From Perkinsus olseni (Eukaryota): 59,086 bases of DNA. The stretch spans positions 1-59,086 of the forward strand of contig JABANN010000159.1 in the NCBI GenBank assembly GCA_013115125.1, in the 5' to 3' direction. Made by a program: the position numbers and the translations under genes. Under the pieces are notes generated by a model that was not told where the DNA came from, did no database searches, and saw only the letters and a list, made by a program, of their open reading frames with translations. Position 1 is the stretch's first letter, and every line of letters begins with the position of its first letter. Shown here one piece after another: positions 40,068-52,150 of the stretch.

Positions 40068-40962
40068 AGCCCATACCGTTTCTCTGTTTTTCCGAGGATG
40101 ACGAACCGTCATTGGCGATGTCCTCATTTTTCTCATTAACAAACTGCTGGCATCCTAGCCGGCTATGGAGTTTTCTTCAAATTCCGCTGTAGTACTGCCC
40201 ATTATCACCGCACTGACGATCTGTATAGCACAATTTTGGATATCCGTGTGAACTGGGTTTCTCTCGGCAAAGCAGATTTCTTTGAGGCCACCTGCCGCAA
40301 CAGCCATTCTCGGCTTTTGTTGTAAATCCGTTGGGCTCCAGCGCGATCGATCGCCGCTTATCGACCAACCAGAACTATTGGCAGACATTACGAGCACAGC
40401 ACGGCCTTTGTCCGTAGGCGAGCATGGCTGTAGCTGCGGGTTGGAACCAGCATGCACACTCCAGCGCATACCTGGGAGAAGTTCGTCCGACAAGTATGAG
40501 CATTGCGTTGCGTACGGATACTCTGTTGGACGATAAGCGAGCGTTCCAGCGACGTGTCAAGTATGTGCGGATTACTTTCCTGAACTCAAGGTCAAATACT
40601 CAACCGCAGGAACGAGCTCTGTTCTCAACCACTTACGGGAAGGCCTTGCGAATGATTATTCGGCCATGCCGTGCTATACCACACAATCAATGCAACATGC
40701 TAGTGCTTTTTAACCCGGTGGCTGGTACTTATTGAACCGCTGGGTTCGCCTGGGTAGTCGTGGCTCGGGTTCAACTCATGTAGGAAGTGAACTTAGCTAT
40801 GACATCTCACTTTAAGTTTACTGGCATGACAGTACGCGTGCCCGGACGTTGTCTTCGCGTACGCATGCACAATCATTTGCTCCTCGGCAATAGGCTGTCT
40901 CAACTGTAACGAAACCTTCATTTCTACCGTTCTTTATATTCCGGAGTTAGTGCCGATTTACC

Positions 40963-41352
40963 ATGACTATACTCGTCCTCCTTGCATCCATCCTGCCTTT
41001 ACTATTGGCAGACAATCAATGCAACCCAACTGACATCGACATCATCACCAAGCGTAAGAGTTTCGGAGAATTCGCCTACGACTGCGGGTTCCGTAGCCTC
41101 GGCAGTGGCCGTCGTACTGCCAAGTGTGTTATGGAAGGGTGTGGCTTATCCGAGTCTTGCGCTGACTGCTATGGAACGTTCACCAAGTGCGGCCACGGTT
41201 GCGCGATGCAGTGCGTCATCGGAGGCAACCCTGCTACCCCAGCTTGCCAAAAATGCATGGATAAGACCCCTTGTATCGATGCCCTCAGCAAATGCACCGG
41301 CATAAGCGAGCTGCCGCCGCCTCCTTCTCGTCGCAACCACCAATGCAACTAG
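40963..41352 (+). CDS. Small secreted 14-Cys protein, paralog 2
   Basis: Intronless; 16-aa signal peptide; all 14 Cys positions shared with paralog 1. Confidence 0.9.
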   Translation: MTILVLLASILPLLLADNQCNPTDIDIITKRKSFGEFAYDCGFRSLGSGRRTAKCVMEGCGLSESCADCYGTFTKCGHGCAMQCVIGGNPATPACQKCMDKTPCIDALSKCTGISELPPPPSRRNHQCN

Positions 41353-42129
41353 AAGGTGCTCCGTTTCCACTTCTCCGACAAGTACTCCGTCTCGTTGCAC
41401 CGGCATGAACAATACATCGGCCATTGAGCCCACGGTTGATTTTTTCGTGTTTTTGGTATTCAGTTCGACGCGTACACTGGACTGCGACCATCACCACTGC
41501 ATGAGAGTAGCCAAGTTGTTTGTTCTCTTTATAACACAGAGTTCTTTTAGCCCGGTATCGAAGCCGTCCTGCTGCGAGTTGAGTTGTAGTGGCTAGTGAA
41601 AACCGGCATACTATCATGCCTAGCACCAACGTCCCTCAATTCAGGAGGGTTTATTTGGGCTAGTTCATCGAGTCAGGAACGTAGCACTCAGACACAAGAG
41701 TAGGAGAAACCTAATGCATTTCAGCCCTGGCATAGATGCCCCTTCCTCATGTGGAGCTGCTACACCCGCCATGGAGACGTCCTCCATGAGCTTCGTCTAG
41801 TATCGAGACCTAGACGAGATTCGAAAGCCGCAGGCATGCGCTGAGGGAGTGCCGAAATTGTGCATCCATCAGATTTACGCGGCCGTAGAATAACCTATAG
41901 ACCCGTTCTCAGGTGAGGCAGTCAGCCTTCAAGCTACTAGTAGTATGAACCTCTTAGTCCCTCACTCTTGGACACATAGACTAACACTGCCCCTGGAGTA
42001 GTTGATTAACGAACAGAGCATAAGTAACACTGGAGTGTGCATTACTGCATTGTTGTTAAATGTAGAGAAACAGACGTTAGAGCATCATCAGCTCGGATAA
42101 AGGAATATGCTTGAGACTTGGTCGAGATT

Positions 42130-44517
42130 TCACCAACCTGCACGCAACATGGTCTTGGCTGCTGCGCAATCGGTTGGAATGGCCTTACCTCCTTTTCCGC
42201 TATTGTAATAACCACCTTTTCCTTTTCCCCAGTCGCCGCCTTTGGTGCCCTTCCCAGAAGGACTCCAGCTATCAGCAACGGCACCCCATCCTGACGTCCA
42301 GCTGCCTCCTGATGGTGAACGAATGCGACCATCAGTCCAACAGGGATTGGTCAGAGAAGAGCGAGATTCCCAAGTCGAGGTAGCAAGCGGCTTACCTTGC
42401 CACTCATTCTGTGACGGAGGATACTGGGGCCCCCAAGACCAGGAATCTGATCCCTTGCCTGAAACAGAACGTCCCGCCACGAGAAGTTGCCAGCTGTTGC
42501 TGATGGCACTACCTCCACCCTTGCGAGCGTTCCACCAGCCGTTGTCGCCGCTGTAGTCTCGCCACTCACCACTGCCTGCTAGAGCCATTCGTGAGGGCAG
42601 GAGCTCCCCCTGTCGTACCAGTGTATTGGCCTGTCCACTGACCCTTCCCGGGTCCAGAGTGACCCTTGCCACCCTTACCACCCTTGCGACTATGTTGATG
42701 CCAGCTACCCTTTCCAGGCGTGGGAGCGGGCGGAGGGAGGTCATCCGCGAGACCCGCATCCTGCTTGCTCGGTTCGGGAACCGGCTGAGAGTAACAAGGG
42801 CAATTGCGATTCGATCAGAGTGGTGGGTCGACCCACCGGCGCGTCCTCCGCGACTTCGACGATTGGCTGCGCTTCTTCTACCATAACCGGGTACTTCGCT
42901 GGCTCCAGAGTGACGATGAAGACTGGATGCTCAACAACGACGCGGAAATGCAGGTTCTCCTTGATAGACTTGGTCAGATCCAGCGACCAGAATCTGAGCA
43001 TATTAAAAGGAAGTACCCCAGGCCGCTTCCCATCGTACTACTTGTTGCAACGGCTAAGGTCCTGCTCGGTATTGTTATAAGGGCTCTCATCATGGTAAGT
43101 GTGGGGCTTGTGGGACATCAGAACCTGCAGCGACCAGGCTAGGCCGATCTTTCCTCACAGAGCGCACGCACCTTCATGAAGACTGATACCTTCTCTGGGC
43201 CAGCGGTGATGTAATCTGGTATAGTGGTTGACAAGTCGCCTGAGAGCGTAAGTCAACAACAACGGACATCAAAGATGGGACCTACGTCTCCATTTATTGG
43301 AAACCAATGCTTCTATCATATCACCAAGCTTAGCCTCCTCAGACGACCTGAATGGACCAGTCTGATGGTACGGTTGGGCTCTGCGACTGAACGCTACACT
43401 TCGTTAAGGACCACTTCGTCGGCCCCTTCCTTGACGGGTTGGAATCGCCATTCTATCTTCCACTGTACCACGGGGTCTTGGGCCGGCGTTGCCTCCTCCG
43501 TAGCGGCCTTTGTGGAGTCACCCGGGGTCTCAGCGGCCCTATCGGGCTGCGGAGTCCCATCCGGAGCGGCCGGAGGGACTTTCTCAGAGCCTTCCTTGAC
43601 GGATGCCTCAGGATTGGGCTCATCAGGTTTGGCCTGAATTCAACTGATATTCTCTAGTGCGCGAGTGACCGAGTGTACCGTTCCTCCTGGCTGCTGCTGT
43701 TGATGCTTCGACTTCGGTTTGCCTCCAGGATACTTCAAGCAAGAGCTGTTGCGTTTGGCGAGTTGGAATAAGTCGGGCACTAGATTCACAGTAGTCCATG
43801 GGGACCGCTTGGAAAGAAGATCGCGCAACCTAGAAGGGACAAGGATAAGCTGACAGGCAAGAGGGGCTAAACGTCAGAATCCAGTACACGAAGACACGTA
43901 GCAACAGACCACGCTGGAAGGCCTTGAAATAGCGCACTTAGCAGGAAACTCTGCTACTACGAATATTAGTAGGCGTACGGAGCACTTACGCGTAACGGGC
44001 TGCGTGCCGCTGCTTCGATCGTGTATTGCGATTAACCTGCCCATTAGCCGTAACAATGGTCGCATGCCCTCAATACTACACTATCGTTCCGAGTCTCCAA
44101 AGCATGTGTCTGCGCAGTGTGAGCTTTACACGAGGCATCTTCGAGAAGGGAAATATCTGGACCACTGCGATGTGAGCAAGGCCTTGCCGAGCCCAATCAT
44201 CCTACCGCGTCGAAGGACCTTCTCGTCGAACTCATTAATAGCAACGTGCTCCACCAGCGCCCGTTTACCTGGTAGTGAGCATACACTGCAACAGAGCACG
44301 GAAGCTCGGCTACCCACCTGTACAGTTGGTCGTTGCCTTATGAGCATTGACGCACTCTAGGCTGCACGTCCTCATGCTACATGCCGGGCATGTGTATCTG
44401 ATCACGTTACACGATGGGCGGTTTCCCGTGCCCAACTGGATAGTACTTGAAGTCGTTCTTCTTGCAAACTTGACATAACGATGCCGATGAAGCACTAGTC
44501 TCTCCGGGAGAACTCAT
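42130..44517 (-). CDS. BCD1: Box C/D snoRNA biogenesis protein BCD1/ZNHIT6-like (zf-HIT) with a KG/W-rich tail
   Basis: CQVCKKNDFKYTCPACSMRTCSLECVNAHK...CTGKR (zf-HIT), VQWKIEWRF, and LDLTKSIKENLHFRVVVEHPVFIV. 3' end approximate. Confidence 0.85.
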
Positions 44518-44659
44518 AAGGGCTCAACAACAGGAGGCAAGCCCTAGCTCGGAACAAGTGAGATTGAACTTGACAACTCAATGCACGATTTTGGGACAGA
44601 ACAAGTGTGACAGAGGCAGTAGCAGCGGCAGGACATCGAGATGGGTGCCATGGGGGGAG

Positions 44660-44715
44660 ATGCATATCATATCGGGCTCATCTGCAACGATTTTAAGCTC
44701 AATAATCATTCGCAC
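44660..44715 (-). promoter_or_regulatory. SECIS element (form II) in the SelT 3' UTR
   Basis: Minus strand: GTGCGA ATGAT TATTGAGCTT AAA ATC GTTGCA GAT GAGCCCGATA TGAT ATGCAT. AUGA/GA core, 10-position helix II with one mismatch, unpaired AAA and apical mini-stem. Confidence 0.9.
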
Positions 44716-44954
44716 TCACAGCACCATGTGGAGCTGCTCAGGAGATTAGGAAGTAGCTCAGAACCTGGAAATAAGAACGCAACGAACTCGGAACAGTACG
44801 AAGTAATACTACAGTTTGAGCCAGGACGCGAAACGAAGGCCCAGACAGACGAGACTACTGACCCGATACTACCCGTCTCCTGCTTGCTCCGTGGTGCTAA
44901 CTACCATAGCAACAACCATTGTGTTCCAGCTCGGCATGCATGAAGGAACTCGCA

Positions 44955-46193
44955 CTAGAACGCAAACTGTACACCTTGTCGCTCAAACGCCTGAGACGTA
45001 GAGACAAGCGCGCGGATGTCGAAGATCCCCATGAGCCTACAGCAACGATATCATTCAGTTTCGGCAACCGGCCCGCCTGGAGTGTAGACCAAATCAGAGT
45101 GTTACCCTTATAGATTTCGAAAGCCCCTGAAAAATTAACACTGAACTTGCCAATGTCACAGCAGACGAGCGCGACCGGCTGGTGATTATTACCAGTGTTC
45201 ATGAGGATACCCTGAATCGTCGACCCGATAAAGTAGACGGCGAAGAAGGCTGTGAACTTGTTGTCTTGCATATTCTTCACCAAATCAGGGGTCGGAATAC
45301 CCATGAAGCCGCACATGGTGTCTACGAGAAGGCTTCAAAGGACAGAACAAGCCGACGTCCGTACCTCCGAAAAATATCATCGCCATCATAAACAGCTGCA
45401 GCATACCCACCAGACGCGAGATATGCATAACCGAGTCAGGGATGGGGTACCTGAGGGGATACACCAACAATACCAGAGCGGCGACTTGAAATAATATGTC
45501 GAGACGCCGAGTATTTCAACGGGAAGCTGGTAGTTGGGCGCCCCGGTAATTACGCATCGTGGATTGAGCCCTACAAGAAACGGCGAAGAATCGACTCGTA
45601 GGAGCTTCAGAGTCTTTCGTGATGTGATATCGTGGCGGCACCGTCGAGTAGTGACATTATTGGTATGGTCGACGAGAAGTAATGACCACAAGAGTAGCTA
45701 CCATGCTATGTGTGATATATCCCTAGACGTCGCATTCCGTTGCCCGCCGAGGTCCAACGTTCCAACCGAGCCAGCGTATTACTCTGTTCCGCGTATGTCC
45801 AGCATGGAGGTGGACTTCTGGTCTAATAGTTGAGCTACTTGTTGGTATGCACCACGGAAAGATCAGCTCTGGCAGAACCTAGAGAGGTGCCCCATTACGA
45901 CGACTAATCTTCGCATGGTGAGCTTACTGAATGGTAATCTGATCCTCTGGCATGAGGGAATCAAGATACGCCCTGTGCGGAATATCCTCTCCTTGCAGAG
46001 CCGTCCGGAAGTAGTCGGGCTTCACAGGGTTGGCCTGAGAGAACTACGCTGAGGGGGAGCGCTCTCGGGCACTGGACAAGGTACTGCTCATTACCGAGGC
46101 CAGTCCGAAGGAGAGGAGGACCAGAGGAAGCAGGGAGAATCGACGGTAAAACTTCGCCAGGATGAAAGACAACAACTGAGATGGTAAGCTCAT
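44955..46193 (-). CDS. SELENOT: Selenoprotein T (212 aa, Sec74)
   Basis: Exons 46193-46095, 46034-45928, 45878-45783, 45450-45365, 45321-45193, 45126-45041, 44990-44955 total 639 nt in frame. Contains ITIQFCQS(TGA)SFRGAY and NTGAFEIY...LIWSTLQAGRLP. Confidence 0.95.
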
Positions 46194-46551
46194 AAAACGG
46201 CCACGCTCGTGTGATCCTGTCCAATGTTGTATCATATTTTCTACTCGCGCCCACTTATGACGAGTGGACTCAGTGGACGAGTTCCGCGACTGCACACTGG
46301 GGTATGCTTCTCTGCACGTCTATTTCGTCAATCTTCGAAGTTTTCTTGAACGGCAGAGAGATCAGGGCACGGTACGACATGCCGTTACCTATTCCGAAGC
46401 TTCACCCCCTCTGTGACTTGCAGACTGCCACCCGTACTTCATTCGATAGATTCTTCAAATAATCCACGATCTTGCAGTCTTAGTACGCCTTAGACTTCCT
46501 CAGCGCACCTGCGCAGATTCAACATTCTCCATCTGCACAGCACTTTCACTC

Positions 46552-49197
46552 ATGAATCCCGACCTTGGAACTAAGACCGCCAAGGCGACCACTCTGAAGA
46601 AGAAGCAGCTGAAGCATGCCGCCGCAAGAGAAGACAGGAACGCGAAATACAATGCTAGCAGGGTGCACGAAAGCTGGATCAAAATTATGAGGTCGTTCGA
46701 ACGGCAAGTGCCTTCCGTGTTTACTCCCTTCCACAGGTCCTATAAAATACAGCAATTGAAGCGTGACATCCAAATCATATCCCAGAATCATGAACGGGAT
46801 GTCGATCGGAAGGACGCGGTGATGCAAATGTTGGACCGTGACCTTGATGAGGGTGAGCTTGGTGGTAGTGATCACCACGCCGTGGGCTTTGGGAAAGAGG
46901 AGAGCCTCGTCGTCTGGTAGAAGACTTTGAAGGAGAGGAAAGCCTCGTCGACATGTCGAGGGCTCTAGTGGCTTACTCTTACATTTTGACTTTAAGGGAA
47001 CCTGGAAGCGTGTTGCTGTTCAGCCGAGGAGCAGCACCAAGTGGCTATAAGATCGGTGTTCGCGGACATGGACACGCTCGTGGATATATTCAAGAGGAAA
47101 CTTCGAGCTCAGGATGATACTTTCCAGAGACAGGTGAGAACGGCTGCTCACCCGATAACTCCACCCCTCTGCTGGCTGTCACTGCTATAACGGGACCCAC
47201 TGAGAGAAGGCATGATTCAACCGTGAGCTGTTGCCTGTCAGCTACGACTCATGAAGGAAGAATTTGAAGCCGAACGCCGCCGTCTGGTTGACCAACACAA
47301 CAAGGAAGTCTCAGAGCTCAACGCCGTTCTCGAACAGGTGAAGAAAGAAAACTCAGTCTGGTAGAGTTCCTCTTGGAGGGTCGACCTTTCAGGTGGATGG
47401 CATCGAGAAGTCGCGAGAACAGAGTGATTTGGCTGAGCATCAAAATAATTACGAGATGATACGTAACAAGAATATTGAGGAAGATCATCAGATGCGCTCC
47501 AACCTCGAGGAACAAATTGAAATACTCAAGGTGGGGGCAGCCCGCAGGGGAAGCGGCTCACGCATCGGCTCTGGAACGGTTTTGCGGCCTGGACGCGTGG
47601 GCTGTTGATTGGCAGTAGTGGTGGAATGTGGGACTCTGACGGTCCTTGCTCAGGACCGATGTAATGCTCAGCTAGCATCATATAAACAAGCGACAGAGAC
47701 AAACACCGCGGACTACAAGAACTACTTGGAAAGGGACCGTACGGAGCAGCTGGCATATCTGTATTGAGAGAAGGAGGATCTTTAAGGTCTCCTATCAACG
47801 CAAGTGGAACAGAAGCTGCGGCAGGTTGACCGAGTCCAGAACGATATCAATGATATTCGTCAAAAGATAGATCAGGTGACTACATGGCCTTTGATAGTCA
47901 CAACTATGTGTATACCAGAACCGCACTGAGTGGGAAGGTCGCAACACCCAATTACGACAGGAGAAGGAGAATGTTCGAAAGCACCTCGCTGAGCTGAAGA
48001 AACGGATGCGTGCAGCGAGAGCCGAGGAGCACTCGAGGTGCGTTATCGAAGGGTGCCGCTGCTTGGTATTCCTGGTGTTGAAATTTTGTCGTGAGCAAGC
48101 ATCGACCTCGGCAGCTTTTGCCTCGCCAGAGTCCTAGGAGAGAAGTACTCTGGAATTCCGTCAACCATCCTCGCTTCGTTGCCCTCAGAATGCTTGACTT
48201 GGTTGGTAATGCAGAGGACTGCAAGCGGCAGCTCAAGGATCAACTGGATCGGGAAGAACGTATACTTAAACTAGCGGAGCTTTGTCGCAAATTTGAGACG
48301 GAGCGAGAGAAGGTTCTGCCGTTTTACTCGAACGCTGATATCAATGTGGACGAGATAGAATTCGAGGTAAGAGCAAGTATAGCGTCAAAATGATGCAAAG
48401 CTTTTCAACTTCAGAATGAGGAGCTTCGCGAGGAGGTCCGGGACGTGCTTGAGCAGCAGAAGACCAACGCCGCCAGTGGCTGTGATGAGAGTACCTACCT
48501 CGACACCTTTTTCAAGAAGGTGAGAGACCTAGTCGCCAGCTGAATGGATCCTTCCTTTTGCCAGTATAACAAGATCCATCTTGATACACTCGCCATCGAG
48601 CAGGAACAGAAACGGTTGGAAACAGAGAACCATCAGCTGCGGGATATACTAGGACAGTTCATAGACGGTAATCTGGCTGAGTGAGCGATGAGCAGCGATA
48701 GGAAACGAACCATTACGTCAACGGTGTCCGCAAAGTTCTTTGTACGGCATCCGCTCCGGGTGAAATATCAGCGCTATGTGCGCAGCAGTGTTACCTACTC
48801 GCGATCAGCTCTTCATGTGAGAGTGCAGTGAACGGTTGCAAGTCGCAGTTCGTGGAGCGCGATGAGCTTCGTTCCCTGCAAGTCAGCCAGTGACTTCCTA
48901 TTCTGGCTCGGTGTTCCCACTATTCTGTCATGCCCTGAGTATCGAATTTCCCGTTACCCCGAGTCCGTCGTCATCTGTCTTTGGAAATTAGGCGTCACCT
49001 TGAGCCCTGAGATCCTCGCCAAACCGAACCCTTTGCTGATCGTCAACGGGCGGGTGAACCTCAACCAGATGGGGGCTCGGAGAGCGGCAGGTAGGTTGCA
49101 ACACCACACTATCGTGACTACTGTCTTTCATGCAGGAGCGGGTCTACTGGGCAAACCGGTGGTACAAGAAGCCCAGATTAAATTCAAATCACCATGA
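46552..49197 (+). CDS. DRC2: Dynein regulatory complex subunit 2 (CCDC65)
   Basis: WIKIMR...[56 protein letters not shown], and [19 protein letters not shown]. Confidence 0.9.
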
Positions 49198-49398
49198 AGT
49201 TGTTAAGTGTCCGTTATTGTCGTGTTGTTAGTGATTCTCGATGAACTCAAGGACAGCTGGAAGTGATAGAAACTGACAGCCATCTAAACAAGCTGCATCG
49301 AATGGTTATTTCCTATAAGTGGAGGCGAGTCCAATGCCGAGGGGCACAGCCGTGATGACTCGCCACGTGATACAAATGATGGGCCATCGACCTTATGT

Positions 49399-50843
49399 TC
49401 AGTGCCAGTCATTCTCCCGCTGTCGGGTGGGATTGATAATAAAATCACGAAACGAAGAAGCTTGCGACTGACTGGATACAGAAGTACAGAGGGAGTCGAC
49501 AAGTTGATGAGGTTGATGCGAGACGAACGAGCGTGCGGCGATGGCCTACGCTGCTGTGAGAAGTATCTTCGTATTATCATTGATGGCAGGGAGGACAGGA
49601 CTGCGACAAAGCGGACATGTTGGTTTGATTAACTGTTGAACGAACCACCTGAGCGATGACGATGAATAGAGGAGAGAGCCGTCGCCCTGAGGTTGAGGCT
49701 ACGCTCTTATGCAGTGTGCATGGAAACAATGACCACATGGTAGTAACCGGACACCGGGGTCGTCACGGCAATCGGCGAGACATATAGGGCATTCGAATGA
49801 GCTGGCATGCCTGACATTCAACACGCAGGCTGGATAATAGAAGATACCGACAACCGCAAAACATTGCTTCAACAAGATCGATTAAGAGCGGTCCAACAGG
49901 CCTCACGCTGTTACCACACGAACTACGTGAGGGCCGCTAATACTGCTCATGACTTCTCACCCTCTTATTACAGCAAACCCTCATCCGAATCATCGGGTTC
50001 GTCAATCTCACTAGTTGACTCGTTACTCACAGCAGCACGCAGAGAGGCTATGCTCATGATGGACCTTTGGGAGGTCAATCGGTCCATCAACGGTCCCTTC
50101 GCAGGTCTCTGAAAGAGGATACAGCTGTCTGGACATTTTCCCAAGTGGATCTCACAGGCCGTTTGCATGAAAACCGGCCCCCTCAACCCTCTAATAGGAA
50201 ATCCACGGCACGAATCTAACGATTGGGCGAAATAAGATCATGAAGGGTTGCCAACCGCCATAAGTTCTAATAGAAGAAGATTCAACTTGCAAACGACGTA
50301 TATATCTCATACCGTAACATTCCCTACTCGGGAGAATATCCTCTCGGCGGGAACGTATCAGAACATAGCTCGCGATCAACGTGCCCAAGACCTAACCTCT
50401 CTGTTCTCACCTGCATATTGACGACTTTGGTTTTATCCATGAGCTCCTGCAGCCGAGCCTTCTGCTCTTCTAAGGTATCACAGCGTGATGGCTGATTTTG
50501 ATAAGGTGCTCTGAACACTAAGTGGCCATTCCGCCGTTCGACATACTTGTACTGAAAGGGAAAGTGAGGATAGAGGGATACCCGGGGGAGAGAGAACCGG
50601 GTGTTATGGTATTACCCAGAGAATTACGAGGACCGTCCCACACACTAAGGCAATTACGATAGAAATGTAAGGCCAACTGGTGAAGGACATTACGAAGCAA
50701 AAAACATAAACGGACAAGCTGAAAGCATCAGGACACTCACCGAATGAGAGTCTGAGATGTATAATACCGTAATCCTCACAGAGCGCGTTACCGTGGAGGA
50801 AACGTAAGCCAGAGCAAGACCGCAAGTGGATGCTGGCGGGCAT
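49399..50843 (-). CDS. Transmembrane RING-H2 E3 ligase-like protein (multi-exon)
   Basis: Spliced ECPICLADCRDDPGVRLLPCGHCFHAHCIRAWFVQQLIKPTCPLCR at ~49590-49800, with hydrophobic segments upstream. 5' structure uncertain. Confidence 0.7.
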
Positions 50844-50890
50844 GTTCCGAAGTTGAGGGCCTATTCTGGCTCATCTTCAGGCGTCCACAA

Positions 50891-51202
50891 ATGGCCCTTC
50901 CCTCTCAATCATCGTCTGCACCCCTTCTCAGCGAGGGTCCTGATAGGCCCCTGTCGCAGTACCCTAGCATGGGCCTCAGCAGCCGACAACTGTGGCTCAG
51001 TAAGATGGCCGCATTCGGCATGTGTCTCCTTTGCGTAGCAGCGACAACAGTGTTGGTCACCGTAACTGCTAGATGCTCCAAGAGCCGAGCCTTTACCGAT
51101 TCGCTGTGTGAGCACCTGCCAACCTTGTTCATGATCTGGACAGCGATCCTGTGTGGGACGGCAGCAGCGGTATTTGTGGTATACTACGGCCGTATGAAGT
51201 GA
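50891..51202 (+). CDS. Small hypothetical 2-TM protein (103 aa)
   Basis: Intronless ATG ORF with two hydrophobic helices. No homology recognised. Confidence 0.45.
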   Translation: MALPSQSSSAPLLSEGPDRPLSQYPSMGLSSRQLWLSKMAAFGMCLLCVAATTVLVTVTARCSKSRAFTDSLCEHLPTLFMIWTAILCGTAAAVFVVYYGRMK

Positions 51203-51399
51203 CTACGACATCCTAGGGCGGTCAGCTAGGACGCGTCTTCAGTGAAGGGTGTTGGAAGCATGGGTACTCGTGTATCGAAGCTTATTTATGTGGTGCTCAC
51301 TATTAGTGAGATTGTGTTGCCGCAAGGGAGTCATTCACTCGTTCGTTCGTAGTGGGACGGGCAAGGGACACCCGTTCGATGGGAAGCGCTGTAATATGA

Positions 51400-52150
51400 A
51401 TGAGTTCGCCCATGTTTCCTAATGCCCCTTCAACGCTTGCTCAACGGTTAGCAGTTTTGCAGCGACGGTCCAAGATTACGATACGGGAAAAGGATCTCGA
51501 GAAGCACTTCACTCGCAGTCCCGGACCCGGTGGACAGAACGTTAACGCGGTACGACATACGGGAGAGCCAACGATCATAGGAAACTGCGCGGTTGTCTTT
51601 CTTCTCAGTCTCATACTAGATGCCAGCTCATCTTGGACTTTGCAAAGTGTAGAAGTTGGCTGTCAGAGCCAGTGGTGGCCAATCTTCAGTAGTTTCCGAA
51701 ACGCTACGTTTGTTTTCGTCGCTTGGCTGTTAACGTGAAGTTTGGGTAGAGATTGGACAGCTTTCAGGAAGCTGGAAGCAAGGACAGGCACCCTAACACG
51801 GAGCGGAAATGCTATTATGATAACCTGCCATGAGACTCGATCCCAGATCTCCAATTACGATCGGGCACTTCGAACCTTGCAGCAGAAGCTTGACGCGGCC
51901 GAAGCGTATAAGGAAGTGGGGAGGAACCTGCCGACCTAGGTAGTTCGATGGTTTTTGGTTAGGAGGAGAAGTTGGAATTCTCGGACTGGCTAAAAACGGT
52001 TAAAAGCGAGGACGAGATCCAGGAGTGAGAGGGGGCTTGGTGTTAGTGTGTGGTTGCAGCTGTTACCGGGTTAGGTATCACGAGTATAATCGCAAACGAA
52101 GGGACAGGGACAAACAACATCGGAAGATGAAAAAAGAACTCAAGTATTGA
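51400..52150 (+). CDS. ICT1/ArfB-like codon-independent peptidyl-tRNA hydrolase (RF-1 GGQ domain)
   Basis: FTRSPGPGGQNVNA|SHTRCQL...IMITCHETRSQISNYDRALRTLQQKL, then a basic tail RKRRDRDKQHRKMKK. 5' end uncertain. Confidence 0.85.

Noticed and set aside
46211-46462. 83-aa ORF between SelT and DRC2
   Set aside because: GTG start, lies in the divergent promoter region, no recognisable motif.
46887-46960. Imperfect 26-bp direct repeat and TCGACATGTCGA palindrome in a DRC2 intron
   Set aside because: Too short and degenerate to support a mobile element or regulatory call.
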